A DNA stretch of 64,000 bases, from the NCBI GenBank assembly GCA_012295275.1, contig CM022675.1, positions 11,842,001-11,906,000 on the forward strand. The letters are read 5' to 3'. The first letter of the stretch is position 1. Each line of letters starts with the position of its first letter. The notes under the pieces are model-generated. The model was not told where the DNA came from, ran no database searches, and saw only the letters and a list, made by a program, of their open reading frames with translations. Of the stretch, positions 29,517 through 44,201 are shown one piece after another. The translations under genes were made by a program, and so were the position numbers. This DNA is from Chrysomallon squamiferum (lineage: Eukaryota > Animalia > Mollusca).

Positions 29517-30544
29517 TAAGAATACTCATTTTTCACAGAACGCGTAAAAAAAAAAAAAAAAATAAGAAGATAATGCTGATAATAATAACCATCAACAACT
29601 GATATCATCATTCAGTTACGCTCAACTGTGAACCCCAGCTGCAAATCAATTAAGACACGTATCTTCCATTAAAGGCGTTTTCTCACGAGACGATTTCCTG
29701 TAACGATTTGTTTACCCTGAAACAGCCGAAGAATGAAATACTAATTATATTAACGATTTATTTATTTATTTATTTATTTACAGATGGATAAAAAAAGGTA
29801 CAGACTCGTGGAAGGACAAACAATACAAACAATTAGAAATTGATAATTTTATTACTGAAATTATACAATAATCAAATATCTTTTTAAAAAAAAAAATGTA
29901 TACATAGTTATACATAGTTAACATTCGTTGACTTGGTATTGAATATCCCTATTTTGCATAAACAAATACAAACAAAAAAAAGAGAGAGACAATTAAGATA
30001 TCACTAACAGTAAACCAGTTTTAACAGACTTTGTTAAGAAGATAAAAATCTATGATATCCGAGAAACATATCATAACACTAAAGCGAAAGGTTTATTTTC
30101 TGCTACAGGTAATAACTTCCGGCTCATAGCCGATTACTACTAATGTCCTTCTAAACATCGACATAGTCATTAACGCTCGTGTAAATAATATTACTACCAA
30201 ACCTGATTGCGCGCAAGAATACATTAATGAACTGACGAAGTAGTGGTGACGTCACAAAGCCATAATTCGAAAAGCCAATAATTAATAGAAATGAATGCGT
30301 CATTCAACACAGTTCGATGACAATAAACATTGCTATAGTATTGTCCTGTAATAATACTTTAAAACGTGTACCCTGCATAGCTGGATCTGAGTTTTTTTTT
30401 TAAACGCGTGTTATGTGCCGTTCATTGAGTAACTTTTATGTTCGTTATTATCTTTTAGCTGCATTAAAATAAATAATAAAATATATTTATTTTTTTATAT
30501 GTTTTAGAAACATATATACACCAAAAAAAAAAAAAAATAAAAAA

Positions 30545-30584
<40 letters not shown>

Positions 30585-31887
30585 TATTCAGGATAAAAAT
30601 TAAAATACTAAAACAAAGAACTCATATTATAAATATACATTTACCAAAGAAAAAAAAAATCATTCACATTTGGCGAGGAAAAAATTCATGTAAATGAATT
30701 AATTACACTTATCAAAAGACAAAAAAAAAAAAAAGAAACAACTTTAAAGATGAAAATTTCGTGTCTGTGAATTAATTCTAATTTTCTTAACAATACTTAT
30801 TCACATGTAAAAAAAAAAAAAAAAAAAAAAAAATTATAACTACAAAAAAAAAAAAAAAAAAAAAATGGGTTTGAATTAATTACATCAAAGTGAACAAAAG
30901 ATTTCAACAGAAAAGATTTAAAAAAATAAAAGTATGTTTATAGTGTATTTTTACAACTTTCAGAAAAAAAACCAAAGAAAAAAAAAAAAATAAAATAAAA
31001 TAAAAATAAAAATAAATAAACACAAAAAAAACACACAAAAAAATAAAAAAACATACGAAAATGACTTTTAGAAGGAAAAAATAAAAAATAACAACTGTTA
31101 CAAATGTGCTTTAGGTTCACTGAAGATTCGGTCACATTTCAATAAGCCACACATCTGGCTTAGCCGATTATTGTTGTTCCTACAAAGGATTAGTTACAAA
31201 TGATTTATCACTCGCCAGCAAACTGCAGACAGCATCCGGGAGGCGAACACAGATCCTACCAGTCTTTAGTCTAATGAAACAACCATCATTTTACTCTTGT
31301 CTTTTCAAAAATAACTTTTATAATGCTTCCTTCATCTCTTATTTAATTCTAGATTTACCCGGTATGGGGAAAACGTTCCCAGTACAGAAGATTCTAAAGA
31401 CAGAACCATTAACAATATTTTGTGAGCATGTATGTATTAAAACATAGCAAATATTCAAAAATACGAATCTTTATACCTCTTATCGTCTTATTTGACGACG
31501 TCTTAAAACACAGCTATGCAGGGTACAGGTGACACATGAGATCATTAATTGAGCAAACTGTTACTGAGACCTATATGTTTGTCCAAGCAGTCGACAGCTT
31601 TGTTCTTACAATCGTAAATCACATGAAAATTATACCTGTATGTGATCACATTGAAACTATTCATTGTACTCGGGTCTATAGATGTGTAAGAAATATCGGT
31701 ATCAACAAGCTAAGTAATTATGAACACATAGTATATACACGAAAAACAAAATCCATAAACCAGTATTGATTGCAAAGTCAAGTGCTAAAGGGTTCTTCTT
31801 TTCTCGCCTGGAAAATGTTTAAGTAATTTTCACTGTATTAATTAAGATCTGCATCAGACTACGTTTCTTGCTTAACAAGAATCGTTA

Positions 31888-31919
<32 letters not shown>

Positions 31920-33812
31920 ATATTAGTTAAAATTTGCGTTAAAATTTTTATTTTATTTGTTGAATTATCTGTAAGTTATTTTCATTATCTGTATTAATTT
32001 ATAATTAACAACAGAATGCATTTCAGACAAACTTCGCTTAAAGATCAAATACTTTTTTTTGTGTCTTGCCATAAAATAAAATAAAAATAAAAAAAAAATA
32101 AAATAAATAACAAAATAAACAAAACACATACAGAAAAAATTAACAACGGTCAAAAAATAAAATAAAGCAAAATGTCAAAAAACGGTCCTTCATAATTTCT
32201 CTGTCGTAAGTGTGCGTTTGTGTTTTACTTGCTGTATGTAGCTTCCTGTGTGTATATACACAAATTATGTACCTCCGTGCGTGTATGTATTATTTAAAAT
32301 GTCTTATATCAGTAGGACATATTCATTTATCACAAATTATTAAAAATCTGTTAAAACAGCCGCACACGCAACTGCATCACACACAAATCTTTTTCTCCTA
32401 CGAATAGCAGGGGTTTTTTTTTGGCAACGATGGTGCAGTAATAATTACTGGACGAAAGCAGAAACTCTGAAAGGGAGAAAACTCAAATAAGAAAGAAATA
32501 TATATATATATAAAAAAGTATATGTGTTTAGTAACACACCCGAAAGGCATGATTCATAGACGCTAAATTATTATAAGTCGCTGAAGCGATTATTATTGCA
32601 GAATATTATGCCAAGAGCAACTGAGAGTGAGTCAAAACTTCAGCGATATTCAAAAGTGAAGATCACATGATCTACATGCTTCATAATTTATACATGACTG
32701 AAAAAACATGGAAAAGATTTAATCACTCTATAACACGGGTAAATGGTGCAAGCAAAATAAATTTCCTGTTCAAATGATCCCAGTGAATACACCAGTGCTC
32801 CAGATTAATTATGTGATATTGTTAATGTCTTCAAGATTGTAGTAAGTGTACGTAAACTCCGAGTAGATGTAAAACCGGTTATTTTATTTTTGGAACTCTA
32901 GCCAGACTAACTGCGAATTCAGTAAGTGATAAGCGAAAAAGAAGAATTATTGAAAAACATTTGATAATGACATTTTAAATATAATCTGAAAACTTATGTT
33001 TGTCGTCAACGGCAGTATACATATTTATTTATTTATATACTTATTTATTTATTCATTTATTCATTCATTTATTTTTTCTTTTATTTTTTTTTTTTCTTTC
33101 TTTCTTTCTCATGGATGCATTCACTGGGCTATTTTCAGCTGATATCACAAAATTGTTTTATTTTTATTTATTATATTTTAAATCTGTTGTTTTGCTTTCC
33201 AACCTGTGGGGAGGTTGATGCAAACGATTTTTTTCCTGCTAATCGGTAAAGGTAGCCTTCCTTTTGTTATTACTGTTCAAAACTCAGTGATTCTGACTAA
33301 CATTTCATAACCGTTAAAATGCAAAGTTAAATCTATGTTCACTCATTCGGTTATTCTTTCTATCTTGTTTCTGCATTTCTGCATGTGTGTCTGTATGTGT
33401 GTGCATTTGTTTTCTGCCTCTGTCTGTCTGTCTGTCTCAGTTTTTCTGCTTATCATTAATGAAACAAAACTTAAGTTTATGTCTCAGTATTTATCAAGTT
33501 TCTGAAAACAATCACAGATTGTTTTTCACAGTTTATTTCACCCTTTTTTCTCTGTCAGACTGTGTCTCACTGCTCACACACGAGTCTGAACTTGTTTTAA
33601 CCTTTCCATTACTCTGAATGGCTTCGAACAAAATAGGCCATCGTTTCTCCAGAAACAAATATAATTAGAGAAACTATAAAAAGTCTTCTCATTTCTATTT
33701 GTACTTTATTTTCTTGTCTGGTTTTTTTTTTTTTTTTTTTTGACAATTTGTTCGTCTATTCCTATTTCTTTATGAATCTGTAATTGGACTTGTTTGAAGA
33801 AAAAAAATATAG

Positions 33813-33845
<33 letters not shown>

Positions 33846-34426
33846 GCTGCGTCATGGTTACATGGGTAAAGATATGTGTGTAAGTGTTTTCTGTCAGTCT
33901 GTCTTTGTGTGTGTCGCCATTTAAAAAGGAATTGTCATCGTCATTAATCTTTCTTTTAACTTCATTCAGTTTTACAGTTAGTCGAAACAAAAAAAAAAAA
34001 AAAAAAAAAAAAATTAAATTAAAAAATAAATAAATAAATAAATAAAACAGTCATGGTAAAAATCTAAAACTGAGACAGTTAAATTAATTTATCTTTAAGC
34101 CAACAATTTCAATGAAAATACTGTCAAGACCATTAACTCTTATAAACCAATTGACAAAGGCAAGATTAGAACTGTAAGCACTTGATTTTCACATGAGACA
34201 ATTTTAATTATATTGCACCGGTTTACTATTACTAGCTGGTATATATCAGTATTTTGAGAAAAAGAAAAAAAAAGAAGGATGTTAATAAATCAAAATCGAA
34301 ATAGAATTTTATGTAACCTATTTAAATTATTTACACCTGTAGACTGAGAGTGACATATTATCAGTTTATTTCTGGCATATATTTCTAATAGATTTTGCCT
34401 TAAGGTTCATTAACACACATATATGT

Positions 34427-34581
<155 letters not shown>

Positions 34582-35054
34582 TGTAAATTTGTTTCCTTCT
34601 TGTTTTCTCAGGTTTTTTCTCTTTTATTTTTAAAGAGCAATTTTGAAAGTTATTTGTTTTTTGAAACTGTTTTAAATAAATACGAGAAGAAAACAAACTT
34701 TTCAGATGAAAATTTCTGGAAGAAATTTAAAATAGTTATTAACATGTTCTTTTTTTTTTCTTTCTTTTTTTTTGATGATTTATAATGAAATGTGTTTACG
34801 TCACGTTTCTATGACAATAATAATAATTTATACCTAATGTCGTATAAATATAGAAATTATTTCCTGATTAATAAATAATATAAATAATTTATGAATCTGA
34901 TACCTTTACGAAATATATTAATATTTATAAATTAAAATAAAAAAATTTTCCCACATAATTTATATCATTTAATTTACGTCATAACACTCATACAGTGGTA
35001 TAACAAATAAAAATATTAAATAATAATAAAAAATAATAATAATAATAATAAAAA

Positions 35055-35097
<43 letters not shown>

Positions 35098-35385
35098 TAA
35101 CAGGCATTTAATATTATAGAGAAGCCAAATTTGAGAAAAGCCACCACCCTCAAGCAAATAAATAGCCAATAATAAAAATGTATACTTCCAATCTTTACTA
35201 ACAATAAAGTATAAAAGTAACAACCTAAAAAAAAAAAAGAAAAGTAATAAGAACAAAGAGCAATGATACTAAATGTTTTTCTCTTCCTTCACACACACTC
35301 GGGATATATCGTTGTACTTAGATGTTATAATATTAATACAAAAAATAAATAAATAAATAAATAAAATAAATAAAATAAATTAATA

Positions 35386-35453
<68 letters not shown>

Positions 35454-35827
35454 TAATAATAGTTATAATGATAACAAAAATCTCAAAAAGTACAGAAATT
35501 TTACACAAAATAAATAAAGCTATAATATCTGGAATGTATACACAGTTTGTGTACCTTTTTTGTTGTTGAAACCACAATAGATACCCTTTTACTAAAACAA
35601 ATCAAAGAACATGGAAGTATACAAAATAATTTCACATTATATATTTACGTCACAACAGGCATAATTCAACAAATGGTAATTATATATATATATATGAAAG
35701 ACTATGAATTAAGGAATCGACCTTAAATATTTTTCTGTTCTTTAATCTGTAAATGGATTTACGAAATTAATCGAAAAATTTTACTCTGTACTTGTAAGCA
35801 AATTATTTTAATTACAACTTTAAGGCA

Positions 35828-35903
<76 letters not shown>

Positions 35904-37273
35904 TATTATTAATTTTGAGCAAAGCTAAAGTGTTTAACTAGTTAAATTACTTGGGAAGTTATACATATTGATAATTTAATTCTAACAAATGTATTACGAT
36001 TTTTTTGACATCCAGCTATTAAATTTTCTATACCCCACTTAGGAATGTACATATTTTCAGCTGAAATAAGCAATACAAAGGAACGCAATCAGTGATTTGA
36101 ATTTGAGACAGATATTACGTTGGTAAATACTGGATATATTTAAAAGTCCTTTAGATCAGCAAGTACACTGAAGCCTGTTTGGCAATAAACATTTAAATGA
36201 TTTTACACAAATGTAGTTTCTGTTATAAAAGATATTGATGAGGTTATTGTAGTAAAAGTTTTTGAATCCTGATTATTTATTTTTTTTAAAAGAGAAGTAG
36301 AGAAATTGAGAGAAAAAAAAAGTGATTAAATAAATAAACAAATACTTTTTTGTGTTGCCATAATAAAAAATAAAATAAAATAAAATAAAATAAAATAAAA
36401 TAAAATAAAATAAAATAAAATAAAATAAAAAATGAAATAAAATAAATAGAATATCAATATAAAAAAAAATATTCCTTTTTAATTATCTAATTCATGATTC
36501 TTTAATGTTTATAATAGTTTTTAATTCAAATCTCAACTGATTAAACAAACAATGGCCATATTTATAAAAGACTGAAGTATTTTATAAATAGACAGATTCT
36601 GTTTTAACTTATTTCATAAATTATGCATATTCCTGATTTTTATCCTTCTAAATTCGATGACTGTAACACACCAAAATTAATAAAGATGCAAATTTGGGGG
36701 GAGAGTTGGAAATACAGGTACGAAAACGGAAAAAACAAAATCTAAAGAACAATCGTTTTTAAATCTTGATATCACATTAAAAGCAGAATAATAATAACAA
36801 TAACAATTTTATATATTTACGTCATACAACATCATATTCTACTATTGTATGGAAACAAACAAAATATCAAAAAACGAATTTCTGCATAAATAACAAAGCA
36901 TAAAATAATTTTGCAGTTACATACATTTACAAAATAAGGCGCCTCAGTAAAGTATTAATAATAATAATAATAATAATATATATATATACACATATACTTA
37001 TCCCCTTTGTTTTCTCGAAGAAAGCAGCCACATGAATCATCACAAAGCGAATCCTTTTCCGTGGTCTCAGCTGCGGATTTTCACAGTAAAAAAATAAAAC
37101 ATGTTTTTTTTTTTTTTTTCCTTTTAACCTTACACCACTTTGCAGTCAACGTTGTCTTTTAGGCTTGTTTTTTGTTTTTGTTTATTTTATTGTTTTTTTT
37201 TTTTTTTTTTTTTTGTTTTGTTTGTTTGGTTTTTTTTTTTTTTTTTTGCATATCACTTTTCTGAAACACGTGG

Positions 37274-37819
37274 TCAAGACGCCACGCCCTGTTGTCCCAT
37301 GCGTAAGGATCCCGGAATAATCCTGCCATTAAGTTCACGGCAGCTATTGTTCGGAGATCGGCCTTGACCTTGGCTCGACTGGGAATTACCAGCAGCAGCA
37401 GAAGACGACGACGATGACGATGATGACGGCGGAGGAGGACCAGAATTGGCAGCAGCTTGTCTGGAGCCGCTTCCTTGCTGCGAGGCTTTCCTCGAGCTGC
37501 CTGCCTGCTGCTGACTAACATTTCGCCCTGACTCTGAAGACTCCACAGAATCGGTTCTTCCAATGTCTCGGCGTCGATGGTGGCCTGGACTTCTGCTTGG
37601 GGACGAAGCTTCCTGCTCGGACGCGTTGAAGAGTTCGGGTCTGTCCAGAATGCCCTGTCTCTCTTTATTCTTTTGCTTAAATCGTCCAGATCTGGACACA
37701 GACAGAGAGTGTCTCAGTTTCCTTCGCTCCTGTTCCTGTTCCATTTCCGGGTCTTTAATCCCGATCTCGACTACTTCTTCCTTGGACTTTTTCCTACCGA
37801 AGAATTTAAAGAACGACAT
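37274..37819 (-). CDS. PRR15/PRR15L-like small protein, 181 aa, single coding exon
   Basis: ATG-TGA ORF, GC-rich relative to flanks. N-terminus MSFFKFFGRKKSK and motif RHSLSVSRSGRFKQKNKER resemble the PRR15-family signature L.(I/V)SRSGRFKEK as I recall it. The C-terminal half is low-complexity S/Q/G. Confidence 0.75.
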   Translation of the reverse strand: MSFFKFFGRKKSKEEVVEIGIKDPEMEQEQERRKLRHSLSVSRSGRFKQKNKERQGILDRPELFNASEQEASSPSRSPGHHRRRDIGRTDSVESSESGRNVSQQQAGSSRKASQQGSGSRQAAANSGPPPPSSSSSSSSSAAAGNSQSSQGQGRSPNNSCRELNGRIIPGSLRMGQQGVAS

Positions 37820-38299
37820 AATCGATTTTTGTATAAGAGTTCTTTCAATTACCTGTTACAAAAGTGTAGCTACAAAAAGAGAGACTTACTTATGATCGCC
37901 CCGAACACTTATCTACAGTCCTTCATTATCGAGTTTAAACGTTCCTTGTCCAACAAAATCCTGTCGATTATGTTATACGTATATCCAGTGCACTTTTCTG
38001 TGTTCATAAACGTACTATGAACTAACTCAGTAAAGCGCGTGGCGATTCGATCCTGGTCTAGCTTCGTTCGGTGAACGTATCAATACGACGGACCACACCA
38101 GCGTTCTTTAGCGAAACGAACGTAATCCTTGAAGAGTTGTCGCTATTCTTTTAGTGTCGTTCTCAAAAGGTTACACAGTCCTCCTTCAGCCTAAACGTAA
38201 AAAAAAAATGAACCGAACAAAAAAAAACCAACGAACTTCCTTGCACAGTTAATTCCAGCCGACTTAAACGCTGTTACGAAATCAACAGGTTTGACTTGC

Positions 38300-38700
38300 T
38301 TCGCTGAACAATGCGACCCTAGTGGAGGGTTGTGGAAGAGTGGTGTGTGTTTTTTTATATATCTTTTTATTCTGCTTCTGTTTCTCGACTTCGGGGATCA
38401 ATGCTCCTGGTGAAAGAGCGAAGTGCAGGGCACGCAGCTTTTTGTGTTGTTGTTGTTTCAACGAGGCGTGGGGAAAGTGGTCGCAGGAGCCAAGCTGAAA
38501 ACAGAAAACACACTATGAATATTATGAATAGGGTAGCAGGTAAACATTACCGAAACCGATCGATGGGTCGGTCGGTCGGTCGGTCGTCTATCTGCTTGTC
38601 TGTCTGTTGACTCATGCCGGGACCGGCGTATGACAATGGCAGTGCAAACAGGAGGACAGAAAACTGTGCAGCCGGTTATTGGTAACGAAGAAATAAACCC
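38300..38700 (-). promoter_or_regulatory. Candidate proximal promoter of the PRR15-like gene
   Basis: Minus-strand TATATAAA near 38355-38362, AP-1 site TGACTCA at 38608-38614 and CCAAT near 38678-38682, in a GC-elevated island about 500-850 bp upstream of the ATG. Confidence 0.45.
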
Positions 38701-38824
38701 CAAACACGTTATCGCCTGATCTGAAAATCTCTGTAGCTGTTTTAGTAATTTCAGTGTGCACGAAATGACTGTGATATTTTAATTAATGGTTGTTACAAAT
38801 AGCTTTCTTTAATGGTTATTAATC

Positions 38825-38936
<112 letters not shown>

Positions 38937-39302
38937 CATCATCATCATCATTATTATTATTATTGATATTGGTAGTAGTAGAAGTAGTTAATTTATTTAT
39001 ATTAATTATTTTATTAATATAATTAATTTATTTATTTATCTTAATTTTCTTATGAGGACTGAAAACAATTAAAACTTGACATAAATTAAATTTAGTAAAA
39101 TTAAACGTTCAGTTATCACTTTCGGATGCGAATAAACCAAATTTATAAATATATTTACTTGCGTATTTTTTAATTATATATATGTAACATGTATAATTTT
39201 GATATGTAACATATGTAACCACATGTATATGAAGATAATATAAAAATGCTTTGACAGTAACAGTAACAACAATAGTAATAAATAATAATAATAATAAGAA
39301 TA

Positions 39303-39360
<58 letters not shown>

Positions 39361-39408
39361 CAATAATAATATAATAATAATAAAACAACAACAATAATAA
39401 TAATAATA

Positions 39409-39481
<73 letters not shown>

Positions 39482-40539
39482 GGAGAAAGAAAGGTAAGAA
39501 CGAAAAGGTCACACAGCAAAACGTACATTAATAAATTACACACATTACTCAGATGGGACACGTGAACACTCATTGTTATACCATTAAGCCATCGCACTTT
39601 TTGACATGATCTTGGCAGTTCGCTGACATCATCAAAGGGGCGGGTCCTGTATTTCAGAAAACGGGGGGGGTGGTGAGGGAACATCACAGTGGATATCGAA
39701 ACTTTCATTATACAAAAAAAAAATAAAAAGAAGGAAAAAAACAGACAGAGAAACATCAGCAATATTAATCTGAGGCTCATGCAAGACCCTCTGTCTGAAC
39801 ACGCACGACTTGATGCGTGTGGGGTCAATCCCTCCCAGCAACCCCACTCCTCCCCCTTACCTCTGGACCATCTTCTGACTAGACATGCTGGAACGACTGC
39901 GCGGCCTAGCGCAGAGGCAGAGAGCTGCGAGGAGGTGAGTGACAGCTACAACGTGGGTTTTTGTAACACTGACTCGGAAATAAAGTTCAGTCAACCGTGC
40001 ATCCGATGTGATTCGCGCAACGCAGCGGTCGTTCTGACCTACCCAAGATGTCACCGTCACAGCAGACGTCGTCGTTCTTTCGAACGTACTCCTTCCCCTT
40101 TTTGCAGGGGACCCAAGCACACAATGCCTGGGAGCCAGCACAAAGCAAGACACATATATATATATATATGCCGCCTCTAGGCCTGCTGTTATCTTTTATA
40201 ATTTTTTAAATATTTTTAAATATTTTTTTTTTATTTTTTTTTTTTCTCACCGTCTAGAAGAAGTGTCTAATAGCCTTCGGGTTTCATATCTATATTTCAT
40301 TTTTTGACGCTTAATACTTTTTTTTTTTTTTTTTAAAAAGACACTTCGTTTCGTTTCTATAAAAATTGTACTGTTTTGTTTTTTTGTGGGTTTTTTTTCA
40401 AAGCTCACAGTCTGTGTAATTCTAGACGTAACTGTAAAGGAATAAAACGGCGTGTTTATAGCTTTGACATGGTTTGGTATTAGGTTTGAAGGTTTTTTTT
40501 AAAGAGGATATAATGTTTCTTTCCGTGAATTAACTGATT

Positions 40540-40625
40540 ACTGGAGAAGATACGGCGGCTTACCGTTCCTGAACGGGATTTGACCCCGGGTGCAGCCGAA
40601 CACAATCCGTCTTGTTAGATCTGAT
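40540..40625 (-). mobile_element. Possible degenerate tRNA-derived SINE head
   Basis: Short GC-rich island; minus strand has a B-box-like GGGTCAAATCCC. No clear A-box or cloverleaf. Confidence 0.25.
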
Positions 40626-40858
40626 CTCCGTTTTACTTACTTACTTACGTGTTAATTTATTTTATTACGTTGTATTGTATCGTATCGTGTCGTATTGTAT
40701 CGTATTATATTATATCATAAATTATATTATATTATATTATATTATAGTATAGTATATTAGAATTATATATAGTATAGTATAGTATAGTATTTAGTGTATA
40801 TTACGTTACGTTTTACGTTGGAACGTTACATTTAGTGCTATTCTTTTTACGTTGGAAT

Positions 40859-40896
<38 letters not shown>

Positions 40897-41029
40897 TTTT
40901 TTAAATAAATCTGTCCATATATTATTCATTTATTCGTGTATTTAATAATAACCATATTTATCTTCATTATTAGTTATTAATAAAATTAATAATATTAATG
41001 TTCCCATTATTATACACACACACAAACAC

Positions 41030-41065
<36 letters not shown>

Positions 41066-41143
41066 CGTATATATAATCTTCAGACATAGATTTATTATCA
41101 TCATGACCATCATAACTGATCTGAATATCACTATCACATTATT

Positions 41144-41174
<31 letters not shown>

Positions 41175-41556
41175 CCATATTATTAACAGGTGGGTGGTTT
41201 TATTTTGTTTCACAATTTGCTACTCAGGTGAACGATTTATTTATTACTTCTATCATTATTTTTTTTTGCTGCTTTAAATAAACCGGCCTCCCAGAGCATT
41301 AGCATCGATTAACACCAAACAGGTATTGACTATACGAGTTATATATATATATATCACCGAACTTACAACACACCGACACAACTGTGATATACGGCCCAGT
41401 GAATAAATTACTGCTAGAGATAACAATGCGTAGTTGTAACCCAATCACGAGAGATTTAATATATGTGTGTGTTAATACGATGTCAGTCAGTCCATGCTCG
41501 TATATTGTGTAACTGCCGCATATAAATAGATGTATGGATGTGTGTGCTTATATTAT

Positions 41557-41593
<37 letters not shown>

Positions 41594-41886
41594 CATACAT
41601 ACATTCATACATACATACATACATACATACATACATACATGCACACACACACATATATTAGCACTGACACACAGATGCCGATAGAGAGGCAGACAGATGA
41701 ATGTGTGTGTTTGTGTGTCTGTGTATTCGTATGAGTGTGTGTGTGTCTGTATGTGTGTGTGTGTGTCTGTGTGTGAATCTGAGTGTGTTAACATGTATAT
41801 ATATATATATATGTATATATATGGTGTTTTTATGGATGTGTTTGAGTCTGTGTGTGCTTACGACGATTTGTCTGTATGTCTCTATA

Positions 41887-41941
<55 letters not shown>

Positions 41942-43559
41942 GGTGTTAGTGTATATGGTCCATGAGAGAAAATATAAAAGCCAAATGAAAAAAACAAATG
42001 TTTTTAAAAACGAAGTCATTCAAAAAAGCTAAAGAAAAATGACGAAATTATTTTATAATAATGGCATTAACAGCAACATTAAGAACGACAACAAAAACCA
42101 CAACGACCACCGGAAAAACAACAAAAAACAAAACAAAAACAACAACAATAATGACGATGAAGAAGACAGTACTGATGGTGATCACATCGATGATAATGAC
42201 AATAATAAGGATAGAAACTGTAATCAAAGTACTCACGTTAAACTAAGCGAACACTTGTATCGACATCCAACTATTCAGACAAACAGACAGATAATCCCCG
42301 TTTTTAACTTTATACTGTAAAATCCAATTTAATGATTTTTTTTTTTTTTTCTTCTAAGCCGTGGAACGTATTCGTACTTTGTTGCATTTCATAAATAACA
42401 TCGATATTACGAGGAAAACGAGAAACAGAATTTACTTTATGGGCAGTCGCTGACTCAGTCAGCAGAGGCTCACTAGAGAACGTATGAATCAGAGAATTAA
42501 CCGTTAATCATCGTACTAATTAGACTGTTCCTTGTCCCCACCTCTTCCCAGTTTCAAAGGCAATAATTAAAGGTAAATGCTTCCATATCACTGACGTAGA
42601 GTAGAGGCAAAATCTGGGGCACCATTTTAATACTAAAAAAAAAACGTTTATATGTAAAATAAGTACAATTTTCAAGGAGCGACAGTGTTGTTATTATTTT
42701 TTTGCCCATGGCGAATCAGCAGTCGTTATAGTCCTGTTTCCTGCTTCTAGAAATTCTATATAAAAACAAAAAATCAAAAAAAAGAGACAAGATACATCTC
42801 TTGTAGCTAACTGGTAATTTATTCTGGAAGATATTCGACCTTAGGGAAGAATTAAAAGGGTTTCCTCTCTAGTATACTGTCTTAACTCGTACGTACCACT
42901 GATATCTTGTTAATAACCATTAATACGAAAATGCATTAAACAAACACGCTACTAATGCCAAGATATCTTAAACAAACATCCATTCATTTCTCGCTTGCCC
43001 ATTCAGCCTTCACGCCACATCGTATACTATCGAGCTAGGTTCACAGGTACGCAAACAATCAATTAAGAGCACATCAACCAAGAAATATCAACGCTAGACG
43101 TATGAAAGTCAATATTTTTCCACATTTCATCACGTCAATTTTCATGCTTAGAAATCGACACTGACAGCTCAAGCTGGTTCTCACTAACATACCTCCCAAG
43201 AGCCGCTATCAATACAATGAACACAACAAACAAGACAACTTCGTGGTTCTCTGAATACGAATGACTGAAGGAAAACAACAACAAGAAGAAAAAAGTGACA
43301 AGATTTTTTTTTTTGATGGTTTAGCAGCGTCTGCCGTGGTTGTCGGAGGAGGTCAAGGGAAAATGACGTCACAAGTGGTTTTAGGAAGTTAATATTTGTT
43401 ATATTTGTATGTAGTTTTATATTTTTGGTTTTCCTGCTGATGTGAGGGAAACAGAGCTCTTGTCATACGCGACACGCACACATACAACACACAAACACAT
43501 AACACACACGCACGTGCACATGCATACAAAGACACAACGGCACATACAACACACAGCAC

Positions 43560-43590
<31 letters not shown>

Positions 43591-44134
43591 GACATACACA
43601 TACACTATACACAAAGACACATAATATTCACGCTATAAAACACAACACACAATATTCACACACACAAAAACACACACACTCACACTGATACAAAGAAGCC
43701 GAATCTAATTTTATCAACCAGGAAGAATATTAATAACTTTTAAAGTTGTCAGTGCCTGACTTAGCAAATACGTTTTCATTAGATGTATTTCAAGCGTTAA
43801 ACAGGAGTTCACCCACGTGCATATTCATTAAAGCAACAGGGAAGAAAACGAAGAAGAAGAAGAAGAGGAAACAGACAAAAACAGTAGCAAAAACAGGAAG
43901 AAATATATTTTTTTCTGAGGTGATTCTGAAAATTTAAAATATTGTGATAAAATAATAATTACACAGACACACACACACCACACACCACACACCACACACA
44001 CACACAACACACACAACACACAACACACACAACACACAATGGTTTAGCATATATTCAGACAGCTATGTTATCTACTTACAAAATTCATTCTGTCATCGCT
44101 ATCTGTTTTACCGACAGCATTTCTTGTAGTATGC

Positions 44135-44201
<67 letters not shown>

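Noticed and set aside
37140-38020. ORFs 37159-37563(-), 37563-37895(+), 37577-38020(+) and 37140-37367(+)
   Set aside because: Alternative or antisense frames of the PRR15-like CDS with no recognisable motifs.
40540-40625. A tRNA gene
   Set aside because: Only a B-box-like motif is present; I could not build a cloverleaf or acceptor stem.
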